A stretch of 42,093 nucleotides of DNA from Spirochaetota bacterium (GTDB taxonomy: Bacteria > Spirochaetota > UBA4802 > UBA5550): assembly GCA_050298055.1 (NCBI GenBank), contig JBNKTL010000045.1, positions 1-42,093 on the forward strand, written 5' to 3'. A model generated the notes under the pieces. That model made no database searches, had not been told where the DNA came from, and saw only the letters and a program-made list of their open reading frames with translations. The stretch's first letter is position 1. The number at the start of each line of letters is the position of its first letter. The position numbers were made by a program, and so were the translations under genes. This document shows positions 1 through 8,536 of this stretch, in pieces.

Positions 1-356
1 GGACATATTGTTGATATTTTTGCAAAAAGTTTATTTTGGTCATATAGCTGAGTAGTTATGATTTTAGCATGTAAAAAATATAATGAATATATATCAGGAA
101 AGTTACCTTTTTTCTAGTGACATAATTTATCAGGTATCGGCAAATTTGTAAAAATAGATGTTAGATCTAAAAAGTTCTTGTCATAAAAAAACTCTGCTGA
201 TATTTCTTCCTCTCACGGGAAGTTGGAGGGATATCTGTGAAACAGATCACAAATTATCTTTTGATAAAGTAAAAAAGATAAAGTATCTGAATGAATGATC
301 CCTTAAAACAGTTATCTGCTATGCGGGAAAGAGCAGATGAGGAGTATTCTTCACAT

Positions 357-959
357 ATGTCTAAAATTGAAAGAGCGTTAATAAGTGTTTCGGATAAAAC
401 AGGCATCGTTGAACTGGCAAAGGAGCTGGCATTGTTTGGTGTTGAAATTTTCTCTACCGGGGGAACAGCCAGGCAGATGAGGGACGCAGGTATCGAGGTA
501 ACGGACGTTTCCGATTATACCGGTTTCCCTGAAATGATGAACGGGAGGGTAAAAACCCTTCATCCCATGATCCATGGGGGGCTCCTGGGACTCAGGAACA
601 ATCCGGAGCATATGGAAACCATGGAGAAGCATGGAATAAAGAAGATCGATATGGTCGTTGTCAATCTCTATCCTTTTGAAGAGACCGTGGCGATGCCCGA
701 TGTAACACTGGAAAATGCCATAGAGAATATTGACATTGGCGGACCCTCAATGCTCCGCTCAGCTGCAAAGAACTTTGAAAGTGTAACTGTTTTGACTGAA
801 CCGGGAGACTATCCGGATGTTATTGAAGAAATGAAAAAGAGCGGGGGCTCTGTTTCCCGTGAGACGAACTTCAGGATGGCAGTAAAAGTCTATAAAAAGA
901 CTTCTGAATACGACAGGATGATTACCGGGTATCTTGTAAAGGTTTTGAACAGTCTGTAA
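357..959 (+). CDS. purH: Stand-alone IMP cyclohydrolase (PurH N-terminal MGS-like domain only), ~200 aa
   Basis: Motifs [42 protein letters not shown]. Stops before the AICAR transformylase domain. Start moved from 291 to the in-frame ATG at 357 (GAGGAG upstream, family begins at [11 protein letters not shown]). Confidence 0.9.
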   Translation: MSKIERALISVSDKTGIVELAKELALFGVEIFSTGGTARQMRDAGIEVTDVSDYTGFPEMMNGRVKTLHPMIHGGLLGLRNNPEHMETMEKHGIKKIDMVVVNLYPFEETVAMPDVTLENAIENIDIGGPSMLRSAAKNFESVTVLTEPGDYPDVIEEMKKSGGSVSRETNFRMAVKVYKKTSEYDRMITGYLVKVLNSL

Positions 960-1062
960 TTGTGGCTTATAATCTTGGAGAGACCCGAATTTATACGGAC
1001 TATCAGGAATTCGGAAATCTGCAAGTTAATTGTATTTACAACTTTAACGAGGAGGTCTCTTG

Positions 1063-3054
1063 ATGGGAGAAGAACTTAAAAGCGTATATCCTGTTCCTGA
1101 AGAATTCAGGAAGAAGGCATACTTTAAAAGTAGAGAGGATTATCAGAAACTCTATAAAGAATCGATCGAAGACAACGATGGTTTCTGGTCAAGAATAGCT
1201 GAAGAGTATGTTACCTGGTTCAAGAAATGGGACAAGGTCCAGGAGTGGAAATACAGCAAAGACGAAGTCTCTGTTAAGTGGTTTTTAGACGGTAAACTCA
1301 ATGTTTCCTATAACTGTCTTGACAGGCACCTTGAGTCAAAAGGCGACCAGGTCGCCATTATCTGGGAAGGAAACGAACCCACGGAAGATAAGACGTTTAC
1401 TTATAAGGAAATGCATGAACTGGTAAGCAGGTTTGCCAATGCCATGAAGGCAAAGGGAATTAAGAAAGGAGACATTGTGACCATCTATCTTCCCATGATC
1501 CCTGAACTGGCAATAGCCATGCTCGCCTGTACGCGTATTGGCGCGATTCACTCCATCGTTTTTGGCGGATTCTCCGATACGGCCCTCCGGGACAGGATTC
1601 ATGACTGCGATTCAAACACGCTTATAACCTGTAACGGTTACTTCAGGGGCGCGAAGATGATCAACCAGAAGGCCCAGGCCGACAGTGCCATGGACGAATG
1701 CCCCACAATCAAGACATGCTTTGTTGTGGACCGGCTTGAAAAAGACAAGGTTGATATAACCATGAAAGAGGGACGGGATGTCTGGTTTTACGATGAAGTT
1801 AACGCGGCCAGCCCCGATTGCCCGCCTGAAGAGATGGACGCGGAAGATCCTCTTTTCATCCTTTACACATCCGGTTCCACCGGGAAACCCAAAGGTGTCA
1901 TGCATACAACCGGCGGTTATCTTGTCTATACGGCATTTACGCACAAGAATATCTTCGATTATCATGATGGAGATATCTACTTCTGTGCTGCCGATATTGG
2001 CTGGGTAACAGGCCACAGCTATATTGTTTACGGTCCCATGGCGAACGGCGCAACAAGCGTGATGTTCGAAGGTGTACCGAACTATCCGGATCCGGGCAGG
2101 TACTGGCACATAATTGAAAAGCATAAGATCCAGACACTCTATACTGCTCCCACGGCCATCAGGGCCATCGCCAGCCAGGGTGATAACTGGGTAGCCGATA
2201 ACCTGGATAAACTTGATTCACTGACACTTCTCGGGACTGTAGGTGAGCCGATTAATCCGGAGGCATGGAAGTGGTACTTTGAGCTTCCCGGAAGAAATAA
2301 ATGTCCTATTGTTGATACATGGTGGCAGACTGAAACAGGCGGTATCCTCATTACGGGACTTCCCGGCGCAATCGACATGAAACCGGGAAAAGCAACCACT
2401 CCCTTTTTCGGCATTGAACCGATTATTGTTGATCCCGAAAGCGGTAAGGAGATAACGGAACCCGATGAAAACGGAAACGTCAGCGGCGCCCTCTGTATTA
2501 AGAGGCCGTGGCCGGGACAGATGAGAGGGGTCTATGGCGATCCTGACAGGTTCAGGCAGACATACTTTGTCCAGTATGACGGATACTACTTCACAGGTGA
2601 CGGAGCCAACAGGGACAAGGACGGTGATTACCAGATAACCGGACGAATTGATGATGTTATCAATGTTTCCGGTCACAGGATGGGGACAGCAGAGGTTGAG
2701 AGTGCCCTTGTTCTCCACGACAAGGTCGCGGAAGCGGCTGTTGTGGGTTTTCCCCATGATATTAAAGGACAGGGAATTTACGCCTATGTTACCCTGAATA
2801 AGGGTATAGAGATGACCGATGAGCTGAAAAAAGACCTGGTCCAGCTTGTGAGAAAGGAGATCGGACCTATCGCGACTCCTGACTTTATCCAGTGGGCGCC
2901 GGGACTTCCCAAGACACGGTCAGGTAAGATCATGAGGCGTATCCTCAGAAAGATCGCGGCCAACGAAGTTGATGCGGGCTTCGGTGATACGTCAACACTT
3001 CTTGATCCGACTGTTGTTGATTCTCTCGTTGAGAACAGGGAAAACAAAGGATAA
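1063..3054 (+). CDS. acs: Acetate--CoA ligase (AMP-forming acetyl-CoA synthetase)
   Basis: [34 protein letters not shown] and [11 protein letters not shown] motifs; AGGAGG RBS at 1050-1055. Confidence 0.97.
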   Translation: MGEELKSVYPVPEEFRKKAYFKSREDYQKLYKESIEDNDGFWSRIAEEYVTWFKKWDKVQEWKYSKDEVSVKWFLDGKLNVSYNCLDRHLESKGDQVAIIWEGNEPTEDKTFTYKEMHELVSRFANAMKAKGIKKGDIVTIYLPMIPELAIAMLACTRIGAIHSIVFGGFSDTALRDRIHDCDSNTLITCNGYFRGAKMINQKAQADSAMDECPTIKTCFVVDRLEKDKVDITMKEGRDVWFYDEVNAASPDCPPEEMDAEDPLFILYTSGSTGKPKGVMHTTGGYLVYTAFTHKNIFDYHDGDIYFCAADIGWVTGHSYIVYGPMANGATSVMFEGVPNYPDPGRYWHIIEKHKIQTLYTAPTAIRAIASQGDNWVADNLDKLDSLTLLGTVGEPINPEAWKWYFELPGRNKCPIVDTWWQTETGGILITGLPGAIDMKPGKATTPFFGIEPIIVDPESGKEITEPDENGNVSGALCIKRPWPGQMRGVYGDPDRFRQTYFVQYDGYYFTGDGANRDKDGDYQITGRIDDVINVSGHRMGTAEVESALVLHDKVAEAAVVGFPHDIKGQGIYAYVTLNKGIEMTDELKKDLVQLVRKEIGPIATPDFIQWAPGLPKTRSGKIMRRILRKIAANEVDAGFGDTSTLLDPTVVDSLVENRENKG

Positions 3055-3076
3055 GAGGAAATTTTAGTGAAACAAG

Positions 3077-3110
3077 AAAAGGGCGTCCCCGCGGGACGCC
3101 CTTTTTTTTT
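3077..3110 (+). terminator. Rho-independent terminator of acs
   Basis: AAAAGGGCGTCCC-CGC-GGGACGCCC-TTTTTTTTT directly after the acs stop. Confidence 0.92.
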
Positions 3111-3111
3111 G

Positions 3112-3200
3112 GTGCGCCCGGAATGGGCGTCCAGAAGGGATAAAATTATAGATGGCGATAAAAAAGCCTGACAGTGAAACGATACCAATGACAATGTCGT
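3112..3200 (+). mobile_element. Decayed 5' fragment of a class C group II intron
   Basis: GTGCGCCCGGAATGGGCG follows the terminator T-tract plus G, 17/18 identical to the 5' end of the full intron at 18331 (GTGCGCCCGGCATGGGCG). No RT ORF or domain V follows. Right boundary approximate. Confidence 0.8.
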
Positions 3201-3350
3201 AATTGAGGAAAAATTGCAATCAAATAGAAAAATGAATTAAAAATATGGGCAAATATTATTTATGAACATAAAAAACACGTATATACTATATGATATTAGA
3301 TAAACAGGCAAAAAATTAATATAATATATGAAAAATAACAATAAATTTAC

Positions 3351-3379
3351 TTGACATTTTGTAAAAATACAAATATTTT
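3351..3379 (+). promoter_or_regulatory. Putative sigma70 promoter of the MFS transporter
   Basis: TTGACA-17 nt-TATTTT in an AT-rich intergenic region; the -10 is imperfect. Confidence 0.4.
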
Positions 3380-3548
3380 AATATATAATATGATTATATG
3401 GTTATAATTTTATATGTAATAAGGTTATGCATATAAAAAACAATTATGATCCAGAATTGGATTGCATAATAAAGCGAAAATAAGTATTTAAAAAAGATAA
3501 AAAAGTAATGGGAAAATGCTTAAATCTTAAAAGAATAGAGGAGTATTG

Positions 3549-4856
3549 ATGAATACCGAGAAAAAAAACATGGGATGGTTTGTGGCCCTCTCTGGGATTG
3601 GGATCAATCTTGCTCTTGGAATTCTCTACACATGGAGCATTTTCAAAAGTGAAATTACACGATCAATTGAATCGGGTGGGGACGGTGGTTTCAGCTGGGA
3701 TCTGGCATCGATTAACGATCCCTATGCTGTAACATGTATTGTATTTGCCTTTGCCATGATACTTGCAGGGAAAGTGCAGGACCGGTTTGGTCCCCGGCTT
3801 ACGGCAATGATTGGCGGAGTCCTGGTTGGCACGGGATTTATCCTCATTTCACAGTTCAACTCGTATTATGTATGGATTGTGGGATTTGGAGTGCTGGTGG
3901 GAACAGGTATTGGCTTCGGTTATTCCGCGGCGACCCCTCCCGCACTGAAGTGGTTTCCTCCTGAAAAAACCGGGCTCATCGCAGGTCTCGTTGTATCCGG
4001 TTTTGGGCTGGCTTCGGTCTATATAGCGCCCCTGGCCACATACCTGATAAAGATATGGGGACTTCAGCAGTCCATGCTCTTTTTCGGAGTGGCCTTTACT
4101 ATAGTTGTCTGCGGCCTGTCTCTTCTGCTGAAAAATCCTCCTGAAGGTTATGTTCCGGTACCGGCAGCAACGTCCGGACCAAGCGGGAAAAAAGTCAATA
4201 AGGACTTTATTAAGACAGTGGATATTACGCCTTCGCAGATCTTCAGGAAATATGAGTTTTATCTTCTCTGGATCACCTATGCCTTTGCTTCAGGTGCGGG
4301 ACTTATGGTTATCGGCAGTGTTGCCGGGATGGCAAAGAAAAGCCTGGGGACTTACGCTTTTCTTGCTGTTGCCATACTGGCAATCGGTAATGCGGGGGGC
4401 AGGATCATTGCGGGGATATTGTCGGATAAAATCGGAAGGACCAACACTCTCATTATTATGCTCGGGTTCCAGGCAACACTGATGTTTACGGCAATCCCAG
4501 TTCTCAATGCGGAGATCCCCAGCGCGGTACTCCTGGTGCTTCTGACGACCTTTATCGGGTTCAACTACGGGACAAACCTTTCGCTCTTTCCTTCAATAAC
4601 AAAGGACCTCTGGGGACTTAAAAACTTCGGAGGGAATTATGGTATTGTCTTTACTGCGTGGGGTGTGGGTGGTTTCGTCATGGCCAGGGTTTCACAGATG
4701 ATCAAGGCGGGCAGCGGTTCATTTACAAACTCATTCCTCATTGCGGGAGGTGTTCTTATCCTTGGAATGGCCCATGTGCTGCTCCTGAAAGCTCACCTGA
4801 AAGCTATACAGGAAAATGAGAAGGAAGCTGTAAAGTTAAATAACCTTGCAAACTGA
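3549..4856 (+). CDS. MFS transporter, oxalate/formate antiporter (OFA)-like
   Basis: About 12 hydrophobic segments; GKVQDRFGPR and GILSDKIGR motif-A loops; KWFPPEKTGLIAG; KNFGGNYG; AGAGGAG RBS. Confidence 0.9.
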   Translation: MNTEKKNMGWFVALSGIGINLALGILYTWSIFKSEITRSIESGGDGGFSWDLASINDPYAVTCIVFAFAMILAGKVQDRFGPRLTAMIGGVLVGTGFILISQFNSYYVWIVGFGVLVGTGIGFGYSAATPPALKWFPPEKTGLIAGLVVSGFGLASVYIAPLATYLIKIWGLQQSMLFFGVAFTIVVCGLSLLLKNPPEGYVPVPAATSGPSGKKVNKDFIKTVDITPSQIFRKYEFYLLWITYAFASGAGLMVIGSVAGMAKKSLGTYAFLAVAILAIGNAGGRIIAGILSDKIGRTNTLIIMLGFQATLMFTAIPVLNAEIPSAVLLVLLTTFIGFNYGTNLSLFPSITKDLWGLKNFGGNYGIVFTAWGVGGFVMARVSQMIKAGSGSFTNSFLIAGGVLILGMAHVLLLKAHLKAIQENEKEAVKLNNLAN

Positions 4857-4875
4857 ATTTTAAACAATGAAAGAT

Positions 4876-4913
4876 AATAAAAAAGCGACGATTTAAATCG
4901 TCGCTTTTTTATT
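4876..4913. terminator. Bidirectional terminator between the MFS gene and pckG
   Basis: Perfect 38-bp palindrome AATAAAAAAGCGACGATTT/AAATCGTCGCTTTTTTATT between convergent genes. Confidence 0.9.
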
Positions 4914-4919
4914 TTACTC

Positions 4920-6782
4920 TCAGGCAAAACTCTCAGGGAGAACAATATCCTGTTTGTATTGCTCCCTGGCAGCTGTGAGACTTTCCTTTATCCTGTTAAG
5001 TGTTTCCATAAAGGGGGCCGGGATTTTCTCTTCTTTCCCGAAGACCTCTTCCATTCTCTCCATCTTTTCAATGAATTTTGAGATCCTCAGAGAGAACTGT
5101 GTGTTATAATTTTCCTGCGTATAATCCCTGTTGAAGATCTTTTTAAAAAGGTCTTTCAGGTCCTCATATTTGGGGATAAAACCTATTGGCGTTTCAATCG
5201 CGTCGTATTCTCCATGCACCCGGCCCTCCATCCAGAGGAGCCAGACCTTCTTGTCCACCTTTTCATTGAGGAACGTCCCATTTTTCTTGAGAAAATAGTT
5301 GGTGGCAAAAACCAGCGGTTTTTTGTCAAGGCTGTTCCCGAATTTTATATGGTTATCAATATACTTTCCCAGTGAAACAACCAGGAAGTCGAGATTGGCC
5401 ATGGGATTGTGCTTTCTCACGCCTGCTGCTCCCAGGGTCGCGGCGGTTGTCTCCGATTCAACGGTTGAGCCCACAAAGACACCGTGGGCCCAGTCAAGGC
5501 ACTGGTAGACCGGAACGGATGTGTCCGAATCCCTTCCCCCGTATATGATCCCGCTTACGGGGACACCGTGGGGATTATGGAGGTTCTCATCGACATTTTC
5601 AAGGTCGATGATACGGACCGTATACCGGGCGTTTTTATGCGCCGGGAGGACCTCATTTCCGCTGCTGTCCTTATCACCCAGTTTCCAGTCTCCGTAATGG
5701 TTATGCCCCTCTCCGGGAAGTTCCTTCCCCATACCCAGCCAGTAGGGTGTGCCGTCATTTACCAGGATATTTGAAAAGATAAGTTCCCGGGGAGATGTCA
5801 GTGTCTTATAGATCAGGGGATCATCAACCGGGTTGACATCTTCAATAATCCCGAAGATCCCCTGTTCAATATTGACGGCATAAGCGGACCCGTCGCTGCC
5901 TTTCCTGATGTACGCGATATCATCACCCACGATTGTCTGACCCGGTATCATTGCCGTTGAGGTTTTACCGCACGCGCTGGGGAAGGCACCGGTAAAATAC
6001 GTTGTCCTCTCTTTATCAAGGGGTTTTGCCCCCATGATGAACATATGTTCCGTAAGCCAGTCTTCGTTGTTTGCCTTGTATATGGCCAGTCTCAGGGCAA
6101 GTTTTTTAAGTCCCAGGCTGTTTCCCGCGTACTGGTTGTTTACGGTAAAAACCCTGTTCTCCTGAACGTCAATATAGATCCTTCTTTTATCAATATTCCT
6201 GCTGTTTCCCCTCTCATCCAGCTCTCCCGCTGAGTGGACAAGGTAGAAAAAGTCTTTAGACCCTTTAAGTTTTTTAAACTGTTCATATCCTGTCCTGTAG
6301 AGTATGTCCTCGCTGTGAGCCACATACGCGGAGTCTGTGATCTGCAGGGCCGATATTGAAAACCGTGAATTGATTGGCCCCAGGCAGAAGAACCTGATAA
6401 TGGCTTCTTTCCCCTTCATGGAACCGTCCATTATCTCAAGGACCTCCTTCAGCCCTTCCTCTTTATCGGTCCTGTTGATGATGCTGCTCATCTCCATCTC
6501 AGGAGTGGCAAGGACCCTGGTGTTGTTCTTGTCCCGGGCCTGGTCCTGGTAACCGTCAAAATGGATGGTGTGCCCTTCCGTGGAGAGTGTTTTCTCCTCC
6601 CCGTTTTTTATTGCCAGTTCCCTTATATATTTAATGTCTTCCTCACTGTCTGTTATGACTGAAAGGCTTTCCGGTTTGCAGATGTTGATATATTCCTCGA
6701 TAATCTCTTCGGCAAATGGATTTTCGATATCTTTGATTTTTGCCAGGTCTGACTGGCTGATAATATCTTTAAAAAGACTCAT
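4920..6782 (-). CDS. pckG: Phosphoenolpyruvate carboxykinase (GTP)
   Basis: YAGNSLGLKK, EHMFIMG, GAFPSACGKT, VGDDIAY, AHKNARYT and IIYGGR motifs. Confidence 0.95.
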   Translation of the reverse strand: MSLFKDIISQSDLAKIKDIENPFAEEIIEEYINICKPESLSVITDSEEDIKYIRELAIKNGEEKTLSTEGHTIHFDGYQDQARDKNNTRVLATPEMEMSSIINRTDKEEGLKEVLEIMDGSMKGKEAIIRFFCLGPINSRFSISALQITDSAYVAHSEDILYRTGYEQFKKLKGSKDFFYLVHSAGELDERGNSRNIDKRRIYIDVQENRVFTVNNQYAGNSLGLKKLALRLAIYKANNEDWLTEHMFIMGAKPLDKERTTYFTGAFPSACGKTSTAMIPGQTIVGDDIAYIRKGSDGSAYAVNIEQGIFGIIEDVNPVDDPLIYKTLTSPRELIFSNILVNDGTPYWLGMGKELPGEGHNHYGDWKLGDKDSSGNEVLPAHKNARYTVRIIDLENVDENLHNPHGVPVSGIIYGGRDSDTSVPVYQCLDWAHGVFVGSTVESETTAATLGAAGVRKHNPMANLDFLVVSLGKYIDNHIKFGNSLDKKPLVFATNYFLKKNGTFLNEKVDKKVWLLWMEGRVHGEYDAIETPIGFIPKYEDLKDLFKKIFNRDYTQENYNTQFSLRISKFIEKMERMEEVFGKEEKIPAPFMETLNRIKESLTAAREQYKQDIVLPESFA

Positions 6783-6890
6783 AGCTACACCCCATTAATC
6801 AAATTATTTCCCCTGCTGCAGTCAAATATTCAACAAACAGGTAGCGGACTTGTATCATGGTGCCCGTAATTTGACAAGAGAAATTTTAAA

Positions 6891-7520
6891 CTAATTCTCT
6901 GAGAAATTATCCGGATGAATTTTTTCCAGGGTTTTTTGAATGACGCTGCTGTTGAATCCCCTGCTGCTCAAAAAGGATACCAGGCGTGATTTTTTATTGT
7001 TTTTGTTTTTTATGGAGATAAGTTTTTTTTCCGCTTCATTGATAACTCGTTGGATATCAACTTCTCTGCTACCTGTTTCATCCAGGGCTTGTTCAATGAT
7101 GTTTGCTGCCACACCTCTTTGGAAGAGTTCCTTCCTGAGATAAATTTCTCCGACAACTTTCCGGGAGGTCCTGTTCCGGATAAAGCGAAGGGCATATTCG
7201 TGATCGTCGATATACCCGGACCCGGCAAGCTGCTCCAGAGTGGTCTCAATATGCCCGCTTTTGAAGTTTTTCTTTTTCAGTTTTATCACAAGTTCACTGC
7301 GGGAGTGGGACCTCAAGGAAAGGGACTTCAGGGCGCTGTTCCTGCACCTGAACCGCTCCGATGCGTCCCTGACCCTCTCAACCTCTTCCGGTGACAGATT
7401 TTTTCCTGTTTCCAGGTGAAGTTCTTCAATGGATGAATAGGGAACTTCCGGTTGGGTCCCGTCATCAAGAAGAAGGGTTGCCGAATGGCCGTTGTATTTT
7501 ATCTTTTCTATTAATGGCAT
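6891..7520 (-). CDS. recX: Regulatory protein RecX
   Basis: LSLRSHSRSELVIKL, GYIDDHEYA, ELFQRGV and FLSSRGF three-helix repeat pattern, with an N-terminal extension. Confidence 0.88.
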   Translation of the reverse strand: MPLIEKIKYNGHSATLLLDDGTQPEVPYSSIEELHLETGKNLSPEEVERVRDASERFRCRNSALKSLSLRSHSRSELVIKLKKKNFKSGHIETTLEQLAGSGYIDDHEYALRFIRNRTSRKVVGEIYLRKELFQRGVAANIIEQALDETGSREVDIQRVINEAEKKLISIKNKNNKKSRLVSFLSSRGFNSSVIQKTLEKIHPDNFSEN

Positions 7521-7546
7521 AAAGGATCTACTATTAGAAAAAAAAT

Positions 7547-8185
7547 TCAGGAGCCTTTAAATGCTCTCACACAGTGGGATAGAAATTCCGTTCCTTTTAG
7601 ATTTTCTCTGCGGCTTACGGTCTGCACCTGTTTAAAATCCCGGGAAGAAAAAAGAGTTTCCAGTTCTCCTGCTGTATACGCTCTGAAAACCTTCTCGGTG
7701 GCAACGGGTATTTTGCGAAGAGATTCTTTGTCCGTATGGTAAAGGACCAGCCGTCCTCCTGGTTTCAGGACCCGGAGTATTTCATGGATTTCCTTTAGGG
7801 GGTCTGTCCAGAAATAGACAATGTTTATACCGAATACCAGGTCAAATTGATTGTCAATAAAAGGCATATTCTCAACATTGCCTGTAAATAATTCAACTTT
7901 TCCGGCCTGTATCTGTTTCCTGTTTCGCCGGGAAGCATGTTTATACATAAGTTTGCTGAAATCTATTCCGTAGATTTTACCTGTGTTCAATCCTGAAACA
8001 ATTTTTTCAATGGCGTATCCCGGACCATACCCCAGTTCAAGAATCTGCTCCGAAGGTTTGATCTGGCAGTTTTCAATGACCCAGTCGTTGGTAGTTGCGT
8101 TCATTTTCAGCAGTTTTTTGCTGATATACTTTCCCAGGATTCCCGAAGGTTTTCGAAACTGTTTTGCGAAGAGATTGTTCAACAT
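7547..8185 (-). CDS. Class I SAM-dependent methyltransferase
   Basis: ILELGYGPG motif I, GIDFS, RVLKPGG; N-terminal QFRKPSG. Confidence 0.9.
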   Translation of the reverse strand: MLNNLFAKQFRKPSGILGKYISKKLLKMNATTNDWVIENCQIKPSEQILELGYGPGYAIEKIVSGLNTGKIYGIDFSKLMYKHASRRNRKQIQAGKVELFTGNVENMPFIDNQFDLVFGINIVYFWTDPLKEIHEILRVLKPGGRLVLYHTDKESLRKIPVATEKVFRAYTAGELETLFSSRDFKQVQTVSRRENLKGTEFLSHCVRAFKGS

Positions 8186-8536
8186 GGTAAATAAGTGATG
8201 GCAATATAAATTATTTTATTCTTTATATAACTTCTTCTGATCAATTGGTTTTTCTGTCAAGAGAAAATAGTGTGCTGTGAAAATTCAATATTTACTTGAC
8301 ATCTGAGTCATTATGATGTATCGCTTAGTTTGTAAATAGATGTGTGTTTTCCTTTTTTCTGGTGTTTTAAATAATCGGCGCTTTTATTGCATGTATATCT
8401 GTTCCATTTATTAATATAAAAAGTATAAGTTTATTTCATTTGGAGTTATCGTTATCCAGGGAATTATAATCTAACACTGGTTAGAATTAATTTCCAGGCA
8501 GGCTTATGGATTTTTTGAAAAATGTAAATTCTATAG

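Noticed and set aside
180..356. ZMP/ZTP or purine riboswitch upstream of purH
   Set aside because: No recognisable consensus elements; the region is AT-rich with only weak pairing.
8460..8495. Imperfect inverted repeat GGAATTATAATCTAAC-ACTG-GTTAGAATTAATTTCC upstream of the lipoprotein
   Set aside because: It could be an operator, but it is AT-rich, single-copy and too short inside for an attC; not supportable further.
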